From positions 16,616,001 to 16,680,000 of the forward strand of contig CM106585.1 in the NCBI GenBank assembly GCA_048013815.1: DNA of 64,000 nucleotides. The letters are read 5' to 3'. Origin of the DNA: Setoptus koraiensis (taxonomy: Eukaryota; Animalia; Arthropoda). A program made the translations under genes and the position numbers. Below, piece by piece: positions 22,416 to 34,534 of this stretch; position 1 is the first letter of the stretch; each line of letters starts with the position of its first letter. Under the pieces are notes generated by a model, which was not told the DNA's origin, ran no database searches, and was given only the letters and a program-made list of their open reading frames with translations.

Positions 22416-24410
22416 TTAATTCTTCCCCAGAGATGGTTGATCAAGAGGATGGTTCTGAACGACACCACCAGCTGCGCAAACTTGATCCGATATCGTTTTC
22501 ATAAGTTCAAAGTTTTTCAACTTATCTTGAGCTCTGATTGCTGACAAATTTGAACTGATTCTGTCTGCTGATTCATTACATATCACTCTTGCCATATTGA
22601 GCTCGTGTTCTGAGGTGGCCAAATTTAATTTTTCAGAACGAGTCGCCCTTGACAGCACACACATACAGGCATAAATGTCGATAGCTGAATCGGCCAATCT
22701 CTTCAATAGAAATTGTTGGTGGATGATATCCTTTCCAAATTTGATCAGCAAATATTCGACTGAAGCATTGAATTGTTCCATCGAGCGCGACATCAAAGCT
22801 GCAGATTCAGCTAAACCAGGTGATACATGTTGCGATAATGATGGACCTGATGATATGCCAACAGCTCTCTTTAAATGTTTCGTGACAAAAAATTCAAAGA
22901 TCATTCCAAGATTACCAACAGGGTTAGACTTGATTGCCTTTTGTAAATCTTTCAGATGACCTCCTGCGTATTGTGCACCAGTTAGAGATACAAACAATCG
23001 CAAAATATCATTGGTGCCTTCGAAAATTCTGAAAATCCTCAAGTCACGCATAACTTTCTCAACTCCAGCCGCTCTCATGAAACCTGTTCCACCAAGAACC
23101 TGGATAGTTTCATCGGTCACAAACCAGGCAGCCTCTGAAGAGTATATTTTACTTATGGCCGCTTCACATTGAAAGTCCTTAAATCCCCTGTCCATGGTTG
23201 ATGATACCATATAGGCTATTGATTCGGTTGCATAATGACTCATAGACATTCTTGCTAGTTTTTCCTGAATGGCACCAAAATTGTGGATCTTGCTACCAAA
23301 TTGCTCTCGCTGTAAAGCATGTTCAGTTGCTTTTCTGATCTGGGTTCGCATACATCCAGACAATGCCGCACCCATACCGAAACGTCCACTATTTAGGATA
23401 TTCATGGCCACCTTGAATCCACCACCTACCTGACCAAGAACGTTTTCGTGAGGCACCGGAACATTGTCATAATTTACTGTTGCTGTATTGGAGGCTTTAA
23501 TGCCCATTTTTTTCTCTCCACTTGACGATGTCACACCGCCGAAACCTCTCTCGACAATGAATGCGGTTATCTTATCTTTGGTCTCTCCGGTATTAGGATC
23601 TGTGACGGGAGTTTTGGCGAATACAGTGAACACATCCGCAATATCACCGTTTGAAATCCAAATCTTTGATCCATTAAGAATCCAGTGCTTACCATCAGGT
23701 GATAAGACTGCTTTGGTTTTAATGGAACTAGCATCAGATCCCGAACTAGGCTCTGTCAGATTGAAACAGGCAATCTTTTTTCCTGCAGCCAAATCTGGCA
23801 AGTAACGGGCTTTTTGTTCGTCTGTACCGTATAGCAAGATACCTTTATAGCCGATAGACTGATGTGATCCCAATGCAATACCAATGGAAAGATCGTTTGC
23901 ACCCATTATTTCGGCCATTCGTGCATACTGAGTGTTGTTGAAACCGACGCCTCCGTATTCTGCTGGCACCTGAATTCCGAAAGCACCCATTGGCTTCAAT
24001 GAATCCCATAGTTTATCGTCAATTTTTTCATTGTAATCATTGAGAAGGGGATCATTGTTTTCGTTCCAGTACTTTTCAGTTGGTCCCAACACCATGTTAA
24101 GGGTCTCTGCTTGATCATTGTCCAACACATGAGGGTAAGGGAATATCTGGTCGAAGTTAGAGCTACCAGCGAACATATTCATGACAAACGATGTACTCTG
24201 CTCATGTTTTCGTTGTTTTATCTCAGGCTGGACCGGTTGCTCTGTGTTCTTGGTTGAATTATCATGCTTTGTTTGGGCAGCTGTCTGCTTCCTGGACTCC
24301 GTGACGGAGCTGTAAAGTCGATTGTGAACATTGTACAAATTGTTCATGGACAAATTTGGTGCGACATTTTGCTTCAGAAGCAATCTTATGGCGGACGCCG
24401 AATTTAACAT
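22416..24410 (-). CDS. ACADVL: Very-long-chain acyl-CoA dehydrogenase, mitochondrial, single exon, about 664 aa
   Basis: FNLTEPSSGSDA, LNGSKIWISNG, TPVTDP...KITAFIVERGFGG, EKKMGIKASNT and catalytic RIFEGTNDILR. The VLCAD-type C-terminal extension is present. First ATG at 24410. Confidence 0.92.
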   Translation of the reverse strand: MLNSASAIRLLLKQNVAPNLSMNNLYNVHNRLYSSVTESRKQTAAQTKHDNSTKNTEQPVQPEIKQRKHEQSTSFVMNMFAGSSNFDQIFPYPHVLDNDQAETLNMVLGPTEKYWNENNDPLLNDYNEKIDDKLWDSLKPMGAFGIQVPAEYGGVGFNNTQYARMAEIMGANDLSIGIALGSHQSIGYKGILLYGTDEQKARYLPDLAAGKKIACFNLTEPSSGSDASSIKTKAVLSPDGKHWILNGSKIWISNGDIADVFTVFAKTPVTDPNTGETKDKITAFIVERGFGGVTSSSGEKKMGIKASNTATVNYDNVPVPHENVLGQVGGGFKVAMNILNSGRFGMGAALSGCMRTQIRKATEHALQREQFGSKIHNFGAIQEKLARMSMSHYATESIAYMVSSTMDRGFKDFQCEAAISKIYSSEAAWFVTDETIQVLGGTGFMRAAGVEKVMRDLRIFRIFEGTNDILRLFVSLTGAQYAGGHLKDLQKAIKSNPVGNLGMIFEFFVTKHLKRAVGISSGPSLSQHVSPGLAESAALMSRSMEQFNASVEYLLIKFGKDIIHQQFLLKRLADSAIDIYACMCVLSRATRSEKLNLATSEHELNMARVICNESADRISSNLSAIRAQDKLKNFELMKTISDQVCAAGGVVQNHPLDQPSLGKN

Positions 24411-25329
24411 CTTAAGTAATTTACACGTATGATATATGCGGCGACAATTTTCTTTTCTCGTAACTACCAACTACAGGTTGATGATTTTAAGGGAACTTGC
24501 AAGCGAGTATTTGAGCGAATGTTTTTCTTCTATTTGATCAGATAAACACTGAACTATCTGATGGTTCAGTTGCTACAATTATATGACTCAACCAATAATA
24601 GATGATTTATGGGATAATAAATTTGATGCGAGTCGTCATGATAACATGTATGCTTTATTTTTCGTTTGTTCTACACTAAATGTGTGATACAAAGGTGGAG
24701 AGTGGTTTAGATGGCTTGATAAATACAAACAGATTACGGATGCTTGCATTTGCGACGTCATGACGCAAGTGAAACTGGATAGCCTAGCTTGAATACTATT
24801 TGTATGGTACAGTTACGATGTGCAAAACGAAAACAATCTAACTTTTCGCGCGAAATTCAGTTTAGTTTAGTGTCTCATTGCGCACAGTGCACAAAACTAT
24901 GCAACGAGCGAGAGAGGCTCCTTTCAATGGTGATTCTGCGGTCGTTCTACCAGGCTTTGTAAACTTTTCTTCACTTTTTATTGTTCCTAAGACCTGAAAA
25001 AGACGAATCATTTGCATAAAACAACCTCCAGATCTTCATCCCGTCAGAAATCACCAGTGAAAAGAGCTAGACAGAGCAACAATGATGCAATCCTGTCCCA
25101 AACCATTTCCTTTTGCCCCTCTTCACACCCCCACCTGGCGCGCAACCTGGTGAGCGGTTTGAGAAATATTCAAAAACAAATTATACAGATCTTGACTGAG
25201 ACACCCTGTACATTCGGATGAAGAATTACGGAGATCGAGGCTCGCTACTTGCTCTATATTCAATGCATTTTTACTTCTGCACTAACTCAAAAGTCCTCTG
25301 ACACCCTATACCTGTACCTGTCTCTGACA

Positions 25330-26058
25330 ATGCCTTTACCTCCATTATTAGCCCAGCGACTTCGTCAAAGAAATATCCTTAGGAATGAGGAAAATGCTGC
25401 AGACAGCCCCGACGGTCGCCAAAACACGGCTACAAGGACCGACGACAGAGAGGGGCCTCTCTCCAACCAGACTAGTCAGGGCGGAACGGTGGTCCCGGCG
25501 GCTGTAGCAATAAACAACCTGGAAACACAAGACCAAGAAGAGGTGTTTGCCGAAGACTATTCCGACGACGATGATGAAGATGAAGACAATGGTGTAAATA
25601 ACGAGGACTCAGGTGAAAATCGTTCCACTGATTCGGATGATAACGCGCAAGATGAAGTTAAAGATATTGAAGAAACTATACATAATGTGAGCTTTAGTGA
25701 TGTAAACCCACCGGAGGAGCCAACACAGACAGTAATAGGTTGCCCTAACAAGTATAATCTATACCACAGATGTTCTAAATATTGCGAAGACAGATATTCC
25801 AACCCCAGACTTGAGCCAAGAAGATCTCAATTAAAACTCTTAGCTGCTCTACTCCACCACTACCCAATCTCTCCTGATTGGAAGCCAATATACGATCCAG
25901 GTGTAGAGACTTTCTATTTTTGGAATACTATAACAGACCAAGTGACTTGGCTGCCATTTGGCCATCCTGGCGCCAACATAACTGTACCTGTCGACATCGT
26001 TCGACAGATGATGGTAGGTCAAGAAAAATCACTTGAGAGATCCAATGTAGAAACATAA
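25330..26058 (+). CDS. PQBP1: Polyglutamine-binding protein 1-like WW-domain protein, 242 aa, C-terminal domain not found
   Basis: N-terminal MPLPPLLAQRLRQRNIL (cf. MPLPVALQTRLAKRGIL), arthropod-type GCPNKYNLYHRC motif, and WW domain (DWKPIYD...FYFWNTITDQVTWLP). AATAAA at 26106. Confidence 0.85.
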   Translation: MPLPPLLAQRLRQRNILRNEENAADSPDGRQNTATRTDDREGPLSNQTSQGGTVVPAAVAINNLETQDQEEVFAEDYSDDDDEDEDNGVNNEDSGENRSTDSDDNAQDEVKDIEETIHNVSFSDVNPPEEPTQTVIGCPNKYNLYHRCSKYCEDRYSNPRLEPRRSQLKLLAALLHHYPISPDWKPIYDPGVETFYFWNTITDQVTWLPFGHPGANITVPVDIVRQMMVGQEKSLERSNVET

Positions 26059-27065
26059 TAGTAGTATAGTTGTATAGTCTGCAATACTAATATTTTAAAA
26101 ATCTAAATAAATAGATGCAAGAGAACATCGTTTGCTGATCACATAATCAATATACAATCTCCATTGGGAGAAGTTATCAATAAAAAAATATAATATAAAA
26201 CAGATGTGCTAGTGCATGTGATAGATTCTCCATTCACAGTTGGAAGGAATTACGTCGTTGAGCGTTTCACTGCATGTGTAACTCAATATATTGGTAGAAC
26301 TAATAGCAAATAACAGTTTTAGTTGCTCTCACTCACAAGCGCTATCTGTCATCATGCAAATATCACAAGTACACACAGACCGGACTTCAGGTTAATAATA
26401 TTTACATTGACTATATCTCGAACTCAATGATGGCAGAGCAATTATTTGTATATTATTATTATTATATATCATAATCTCTCATAATAAGTAATTACAACAT
26501 CATTATGAAGACCATATCTCTATTTGCGGTCACATATTTATTATTATTATCACAACACTACTATCTCTGCAATCTTAGCTCTATTATACAGTAGGGTCCG
26601 TAGGCGAAGGACCTCTTAATTATTATTATTATCACTCAAACTTCATTTGACAGAAAACCGAAACAAACAAGACTTATCAAGCGACCGTTTGATGAGAAAC
26701 ACTCCATAGAAATAATAATGGTGATTAAACAGCCAAGATAGTAGAACTAAAGATGAGATTCTGTTAATCGATTCTAGTTTGCCATGATTGATCAAAAGTG
26801 AACTAATTGAGACATTCTTTATTATCATTAGTAACACTACCCATTCAATATTATTATTAATATAAATTTTTATTTGTTTTGTTGAACAATTAGAAACATG
26901 ATGGTATCTACTATCAGACATTACTATAAACCACCTCGTGACCACGACTACTTCATATAGAAATAATATATAAAATAGTATAGATTTATTATAATATATA
27001 AAGCGGAACATATATTTACTCAGATTAATAGCATAATCTTAGTGTAAACGTAAAATACCGTCTAC

Positions 27066-28412
27066 ATGATGGCCTCAAAAAATGAGAAAACCAGAGAGGT
27101 CTCTGAGGAAGATGAGCCGACAATACCAAAAGCGTCCGTCAACCAGAAGGTAGATTTCAGTACAAGGAAGAGATCGTCCGATTCTGGGAACTCTTCTTGC
27201 GACGATACTAGTGCAACATACTACGCAAGCTTTCAAACTTCAAAACACTTTAATAATAAGGATACTGACGAAGTAAAAGGCTTTATAGAATTATCTCATA
27301 AGCAGCAAATCAATTTTCAGATTGGATCTACTCATCTTAACAACAATAATAACATGAAAAAGAAAATTAAAGACAGCGAACAATTAGAGTCCGTTTCTTC
27401 CATTCACAAATACCCATATGATGTTACATCGGACAAAAATAATGATAAGCAAGAACGTAGTTATAGTTTCGGTAGCAACACTGCTGCTTCGTCGTCTGCA
27501 TCTTCTATAAACTCTCTTTCATACTTGTCCATTTCACCATCAAAGCCAGCATCGCTCGGATACGCAACTCCCGATGATAAACCAAAAGGGATTTTTCGGG
27601 ATTTCGCTAAAACAATATCTCAAGCCAACATTGATGGTTGTAACACTATTGATAATGATTATGTTACAAACAGAAGGGGAGAATTCAACAGTGTAGCTTC
27701 AAGAAGTGATGACAAGATCAAGCCAATACTAAAGAAGCGATCAACGTTGTTTCACAGGCATTCATTGGGTGAACAAAGTCATGAGTTCTATGCTGATAGA
27801 ACTTGTCTATCGCCCACAGATAACCAACTGTCGCCCGGTAGTACTAAACCTCAATCCATTTTGAAAAAGAAATTTAGCTTTGACACTAACATGTCCAATT
27901 TGAGACCTATACTGAAGAGAAACAGTCTCGATTCGGAGAATAGGATTGTGAATTTTCCGAAGATGTCGACAAATGAAGATAATCAAACCTGTAGCAATAA
28001 CAATATATTCAAATATACCAATAGAAACAAAAGTACTACCCAATTAAGCGCCAATGATGATGCTGCTAAAAGCTACTGCCAAACATCTGCAATTTCAGCT
28101 ACCTCAACGACCTCGTCCAATAATAATATCATGGTTTCACCTAACAACAAAAATAAGGCATCATTAAGAGAATTTAAGTCACAATCGCCAACAATATTGA
28201 AATCATCAACTATCACTGCCCGTCAATCGACGAATGCCAGAAGTACTCACTTCAATATTAACAAGCTCTCATCAACTGATCAAGAGTCTGCCGACGAGGA
28301 TGATAGGTATTTAAATCCCATTCTCAAATATCGAAATAGTGATGGCAAGTCTGAATCAAAGGAAAGCTCATTACAAAAATCAGTCAGGCCCATTCTAAAG
28401 AAGCATTCGTGA
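27066..28412 (+). CDS. Uncharacterised Ser/Asn-rich, probably disordered 448-aa protein with six [P/S/T]ILK motifs
   Basis: 1.35 kb ATG-initiated ORF in AT-rich DNA, between bona fide genes. No folded domain recognised. Confidence 0.75.
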   Translation: MMASKNEKTREVSEEDEPTIPKASVNQKVDFSTRKRSSDSGNSSCDDTSATYYASFQTSKHFNNKDTDEVKGFIELSHKQQINFQIGSTHLNNNNNMKKKIKDSEQLESVSSIHKYPYDVTSDKNNDKQERSYSFGSNTAASSSASSINSLSYLSISPSKPASLGYATPDDKPKGIFRDFAKTISQANIDGCNTIDNDYVTNRRGEFNSVASRSDDKIKPILKKRSTLFHRHSLGEQSHEFYADRTCLSPTDNQLSPGSTKPQSILKKKFSFDTNMSNLRPILKRNSLDSENRIVNFPKMSTNEDNQTCSNNNIFKYTNRNKSTTQLSANDDAAKSYCQTSAISATSTTSSNNNIMVSPNNKNKASLREFKSQSPTILKSSTITARQSTNARSTHFNINKLSSTDQESADEDDRYLNPILKYRNSDGKSESKESSLQKSVRPILKKHS

Positions 28413-28581
28413 CAAAGACGGCGCTCAATGATGGTCACACATATGTCTACAATGCTAGTTTGTTTTTGAATATTAGTAGTTTATCATAGTTTTCTTATTC
28501 AAAATTGATTAATAATAAATTGTCCTGACATAATCACGATAATTGTGGAAACTTGTTTCCTTGTTAATATCGTTAAGTAAA

Positions 28582-29049
28582 TCAAGCAAAACTAACACTA
28601 AGTTGCCTTCCGCCAATCACGTGTACATGCAATTGAAACACAGTCTGGCAAGCGTGGTAGCTATCGTTGATAACTATTCTGAAGCCTTCATTAAGTTTCT
28701 CTTCTCGAGCCAGTTTTGCGGCTACAAAAAGGAGATGACCCAAGAGAGGCTCGTCCTCCTCCTTAGCCTCGGACAATTTTGGTATTGTCTTTTTTGGTAT
28801 TACAAGATAATGAAAGGGGGCAACCGGACTAATGTCTTTGATTGCGATACACCTGTCATCTTCATGAAGGAAGGTTGCAGGTATCTCCTTCTTGATGATC
28901 TTATGAAAAATAGTATCGCCTTGATTCTGTTCAGCTGTGTCGAGAATTGAAAGAAACATAGAGCAGATAATCAATTAATGAAAAGCTGGCTTCTTCTATT
29001 CAGCCTCCAGGTTTGAGCCAAGCTACACGACAAATCACTTACCTGACAT
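28582..29049 (-). CDS. HINT1: Histidine triad nucleotide-binding protein (HINT), 119 aa. Exon 1 = 29049-29043, exon 2 = 28934-28582
   Basis: DTIFHKII.KEIP, DISPVAPFHYLVIPKK, GFRIVIN and HVHVIGGRQL motifs. ATG TCA G|GTAAGT donor and ACACAG| acceptor join in frame across a 108-bp intron. Confidence 0.9.
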
Positions 29050-29566
29050 TTGGATTCTTCGAAAATACTTGGTGGCAAAGAATCCGAATAATCTGGTATT
29101 CAGTAAGAAAGCAATTTTGATGGAATCAATTTAACTTTTTAAATTTAATTTTGTTTGACAGGTTGAAATTTATTTTATTTTATTGATTTTATTTGGTGAA
29201 TTTTTTAAGATCTTAAGAAAATCAAGCTGTGGCGTGTGGCCAGTTCCGTCAGCTGATCGCATGTTGGGTGTCTAATGCTCACGGACTGAAACCACTACAT
29301 ACTGTATTTGAAGCCTATTTATCATGGCGAATTGCAATAAACTGTACAACCTGGTGGACAAAAATTGTACTTTTTGTAAACATATGAAGACATCTGATCT
29401 ACCGTTGACTTTCCATATCTACAGCTGTATCATTGATCTACAACTCTACTATTATCATCAATCTGCTGAAGTCGATATATTATTTTCTCTCCATTGTAAT
29501 TGTGAAGAATCTCGATCCTTTTGTCTGACTAGGAGGATCTAAGGACCACTATGAACGGAGTTTGAG

Positions 29567-30817
29567 ATGCCACTATACGATGATGTAATATCTAGCGATA
29601 AAACTAGCACAAAGAAAAGTTCTTGGTCGCACAGTCCTGGTATAAAACTATTACAAGATCATCTGCAAGCGAAAAAAAAGATTGGCCACCTCAATGCGTC
29701 TGATGGATCCTCAGCGAGCTCGACAAAGAGTTCAAATCAAGGGACTAACAACTCCTCTTCGAGTCGCTCAACAATTATTACCGCCTCGATACATAGCCAA
29801 CACAGTGCCGGCTCCGGCTCGATGCTCGGTGGAGATTGGGATCCTAATGATGAATATGATCCATTGTGGCCAAATGAATATGAGATCTTGCAGCGTCAAT
29901 ATTTAGAAGAAGAAGAGAAGAGAAGATTGGAGGAATATGAGCTAAAGCAGCGAAACAAGCAAGAATCTACAGGATTGACAATGATGACCGCATTGAGGGG
30001 TATGCAAGACTATGACGAGGACGATAATGATGATGATGATCTAATGGCGCAAAGAAATGCCGCTGCATCACGTCAAAGTCGTGGAATCGCGATAGCCCCT
30101 CCACCCTCGCTTACCAAGTCAACTACTTCAATTGAGAATAACAGCACCGAATCTGGATCTAGTATTACAAGCACCACTTCAGTAGCTTCTCAGCAATTTG
30201 GTGTTAGTTCAGTAGCGGCAAAAATAATGAGCAAAATGGGTTATAAAGAAGGTCAAGGTTTAGGGAAAGATGAGCAGGGCATAAGTAAACCGCTGGAAGT
30301 AGAAAAAACCAGTGCCATTTCAGGAAAAATCATAGCCGAGGCCAAAGCAAGCGTTAGTTCATTTTTGGCTCCGCGAACTATTATCGAGACCCACAAACAA
30401 CCCTCAGAGCCATCGGTCGTCACCAAGCAGTCTACTGACACTTCCCAATCAACCTCACCCGAATCTAAGAGTGAGCCCATAACGGAACTAATCAAGAATC
30501 CCACAAAGGTAATTTTATTGCGCAATATGGTTGGGCCTGGTGAGGTGGACGATGACCTAGAGAGTGAAACTAAAGAAGAATGTTCTAAATATGGCGAGGT
30601 GATACGCTGTCTCATCTATGAGATACCAAACAAGAAAGTTCCTGATGATGAAGCCGTTAGAATATTCCTTGAATTTAGACGCGTTGAATCAGCTATAAAA
30701 GCAGTGGTGGATCTAAACGGCAGATACTTCGGTGGACGCGTCGTGAAGGCTTCATTCTTCGATGTAGACAAATTCAATCGTTTCGAACTCGCTCCAACGC
30801 AATTGGTCAAGAACTGA
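29567..30817 (+). CDS. RBM17: Splicing factor 45 (SPF45/RBM17), single exon, 416 aa
   Basis: SPF45 motif YDPLWPNEY, G-patch (AAKIMSKMGYKEGQGLGK.EQG) and C-terminal UHM (LLRNMVGPGEVD...GRYFGGRVV). AATAAA at 30964. Confidence 0.95.
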   Translation: MPLYDDVISSDKTSTKKSSWSHSPGIKLLQDHLQAKKKIGHLNASDGSSASSTKSSNQGTNNSSSSRSTIITASIHSQHSAGSGSMLGGDWDPNDEYDPLWPNEYEILQRQYLEEEEKRRLEEYELKQRNKQESTGLTMMTALRGMQDYDEDDNDDDDLMAQRNAAASRQSRGIAIAPPPSLTKSTTSIENNSTESGSSITSTTSVASQQFGVSSVAAKIMSKMGYKEGQGLGKDEQGISKPLEVEKTSAISGKIIAEAKASVSSFLAPRTIIETHKQPSEPSVVTKQSTDTSQSTSPESKSEPITELIKNPTKVILLRNMVGPGEVDDDLESETKEECSKYGEVIRCLIYEIPNKKVPDDEAVRIFLEFRRVESAIKAVVDLNGRYFGGRVVKASFFDVDKFNRFELAPTQLVKN

Positions 30818-32159
30818 CCACACTGTACAGATCCTCTTCACATATATGTTCACATGTATATAAATGTACATATTTATATATAACGGATAAATATATATAT
30901 TTATCCGTGTAAAAAGATATCTCTCGAAATTTGCAGATCTTCCAAAATTTAGACATATTTGTAAATAAAATTTGCTTTATACATCATTATTCTGTAATAC
31001 TCAGATGTTTAGTGCTTCTATGGACTGTGTAAATTGAAAAACTATAAAAACTGTTCATCTCTGTTTCAGATAAAAAATTCTGGAGGGGGGGGGGGGAGAT
31101 TTATCTAGAGGAATTCGTGACACAACATGTATCAGTATAATCATTTGGTGGCATTACAAAACTCGATTCTATATCTATATACCGCTAATTAGATGAAAAA
31201 GAAAAAAATGAGTTCAGATAGGACGATTCCTGTTGAAGCCGACACAATTCTCATTTACTTCCCTTTCAGTTATTTCTTGGCTTACTTGTTGTCGCTTAGT
31301 CTGTAGTGGGCTGATCACCGAATCGCTTAGAGAAGCACCCATATCAATCGTTGTTTATATGCAAATAAGCACTCGTTGAGGTGCGTTACTTAACCCTTTT
31401 ATGAAGAAATCAATTTCGTTGCTGTGAAAAGTGCCTGACAAGAGATTGTTCAAATTTGGGAACATATGAAACCAGAAAAGACGTTGGTGATTTGGCGGCC
31501 CGCTTCAACACGTTATTGGTGGAACGTACAATGGACACTTTTGTTCAAAATTCTTTGCTTGTTTACAAGCCGTTGTCCAGCTAAAGCGCATAGTGGTCAG
31601 TGATACAGTTGCTCTATTAACACAACAGTCCAGCAAACACACTCACATTCACACAGATCTGCTTGGCTACCTGACAGAACGGCGAGAAGATTGCAAACAA
31701 TCGGCATTCATGACTATAACTAGTAATTAGTGAGTGTATCGCAATGCGTCGTTTCTTTCTCATTGGAATGTCGGTTGGATTGTTTGCTTGGAATTCGACA
31801 ATTACCAAAGGGCGCCATTCTTTGTGCAATATTCAGTGCAATTGTGTGTTAAGTATCGCCGGTGTTTGTTGTTGTTGTTGCTGTTGCTGTATGAGCGGCG
31901 AGTGTGAACATTCTCGAAGGAACAGCTCGAATCAGCAACAACAGCTCGAATCAACAACAACAACAACAACAATTCCAAACTGAAGCGATTCTCGAGAATT
32001 GGCGACTGACCGATGCGGCAACATGTGACCATGTGTAACACAACATTGTGAACACATTGTACAGCGTTTGTGTGTGCATATAGGCCGGCGGGCACCTATA
32101 GTGCACCTATATTGCGACAATGGCAGTATAGTTACACAGCAACGACATTGGTCACAGTC

Positions 32160-32160
<1 letters not shown>

Positions 32161-32200
<40 letters not shown>
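32161..32200. repeat. (GT)20 microsatellite
   Basis: Pure GT run, seen directly. Confidence 0.95.
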
Positions 32201-32203
<3 letters not shown>

Positions 32204-34403
32204 TGTGTTTAAAATGTCCGATTATTAATCACACACACACACACACACGCACACAGATGAGCATTCTGGTTGTGAGTTGTTTCTGGTTTTGAGTTGTTTC
32301 TGTGAGTCTGGGTTGGTTCTGCGAGTTTGAGTTGGTTTTGTAATGGATGGCGCATTTGAAGCATGTCGTCTATGTCTCTATTATGGCCGCTGGAGAGCGG
32401 TCAATGGCGAAATGGTTAGCGATGTGCGCCACACAATCCGGTGCCTATTACCAGCGATTGCACTTGGTCAAGTCGGTGTAACTTGGCTTGCGGATTGGCA
32501 CAACACAAGCGAGCGGGCGGCGGGCGGGCGGGCGGGTCGGGGCGGATGAAAATTAATTAGTAAGCTTAAGTCATAAGAGGCAACAGGCTGCAGCAACAGG
32601 CCGCAGCATGTCAGCTGATCAGCCTGTTGGCATGAGCGAGATGAAAGATGAACGATGAAACATGAGGCAGGTTGATTATATGCGCGTATCGTTGATTATC
32701 GGCGCACCAGTGCCAATAAAAGTTTCAGCTCACAAGGCATTCACTGGACGCTAGATGCAGGCTTGCAACTTTGTGTCTTGTGTGGATTGGATGGCACATA
32801 TGTATGATGATCACACTATGATGATCATGCTATGATTATCATGGACAACAAGACAAAGTTTGACCAGACATTTGCGCAAATTTTACCTGTTAGCGGCGGC
32901 AGTGGCCACGGGGCTGGCGTTAGTGGGCCAATAGGAAATAATCAACAAACAATCTTAATCTTGCGCTTAATCTTATGCTCGTTGCCCTTGCAACCATGCA
33001 AAAGCAACCATAAGATTGCCAGTGCAACAACAACAGCAACACCAGTGACGCGCGCTGTTGCAGATTGGTTGTGGCGGTTGTTGTTGTTGTTGCTGTGGCT
33101 CATGTTGCAAAGCTGCACGTTCGCTCGGACATATCAGCTTATTTAATCACCCAAAACGAGTGTGCATCGCGCCAAGAAAGCAGCTATGCGGCGCGCATAC
33201 GTAAACTGTACGCCTACAATAGCTGGCCGATTGGATGATGATTTTGTGTCGAATGTGTTTTGTGTGCGTGTGTGTGTGTGTGCGCGCCAGCCAGGTAAGA
33301 GTGTGCGCCAGCCAGGTAAGCGAGCGCCGCTGTGCCGGCCGGCCAGCAGAACGCTTGTTCGGTTGGTGCGGCAGGTAAGCGGCGGGCAGCGAAGGATTCT
33401 CAGGTGTGGATTTACTCTTCTTCTGGGTCTTCTTTATCTTTCTGTGGCCATTCTCTGGGGCTGTGTGTGCGCGTATAATAACCCTCTCTTTGTTGTCGAT
33501 ATTGGCAACATGGTGATCGGCAGCGCCAACGCCAGCACCAACGAGCGCCAGCAACAGGCGTGCTGGTGTGTCAGTGACGAGCAGCAGGCGTAGTCAACAA
33601 CAAAATTGCTTATCTAAAGAGAGTGAGAGCTCACTCTTTACATCCATTAGAGGGAGAGAGTAAAGTACGGTAGTTTGTGTGTCGCTGTTATAGCTGGTTA
33701 TACGGAACGCGCGGAGTGGTTATACAGCGAAATACGGAACACGCAGTGGTTATACAGCGAAATACGGAATGGTTATACAGCGCGCAGAATGTGTGTGTGT
33801 TATAGCTGCTTCGAAATGGTCGATGCGCCGCACACAAGTAACATCCATTTAGAATTATATCTTGTGGCGTTTTCTGGTTGAGTGTGTTCCGCGTTCCATG
33901 ATCAAATCATTTGCGCGAATCATTGGAACCATTCGAATGTCTGGTGTGCCGCTCTATGTTTGCAGAATTTTGCAGCAGAGCTCTGCAGCAGAACGAGCAA
34001 AGAAAAGATGCGCTCCTTCTAACGGTGCTGCTCATCTTGTGCTGCTGCTTCTTTTATTATACTTTCGTTGGCTCGTTTCGGCGCTCGAGCTGCATGAGCC
34101 CGCCGATGCCACGAGCGCCGCTCATGCCAGCTTCTCAGCGTCTCATGCTCTGCTCGAGTGGCGCTGCAGTAGCATGAGGTGGTTAAGATTATATACATTA
34201 TACATACAGTGTGTACACATGTTGTGCATATTTGCAACACACACACACACACACTCACTGCCGGACTGTCCGAACTGCGGGCACAACCAGTCGCTGGTTA
34301 CCAGTCACTGGTTGCCAGTCACTGGTTGCCAGTGGAAGAGAAAGGGAAAAAACGGAGCGCGTTACAACTGACCATCAACTTGTGTCTGTCTATGCAGAAA
34401 ATT

Positions 34404-34410
<7 letters not shown>

Positions 34411-34495
<85 letters not shown>

Positions 34496-34503
34496 ACGTG
34501 TGC

Positions 34504-34534
<31 letters not shown>
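34411..34534. repeat. (TG)40 microsatellite with degenerate extension
   Basis: Pure TG 34411-34490, interrupted TG continuing to 34534. Confidence 0.95.

Noticed and set aside
29236-29300. Imperfect hairpin followed by ACA in the HINT1-RBM17 divergent gap, resembling an H/ACA snoRNA half
   Set aside because: No second hairpin, weak stem, large unstructured loop; cannot be supported without a covariance-model search.
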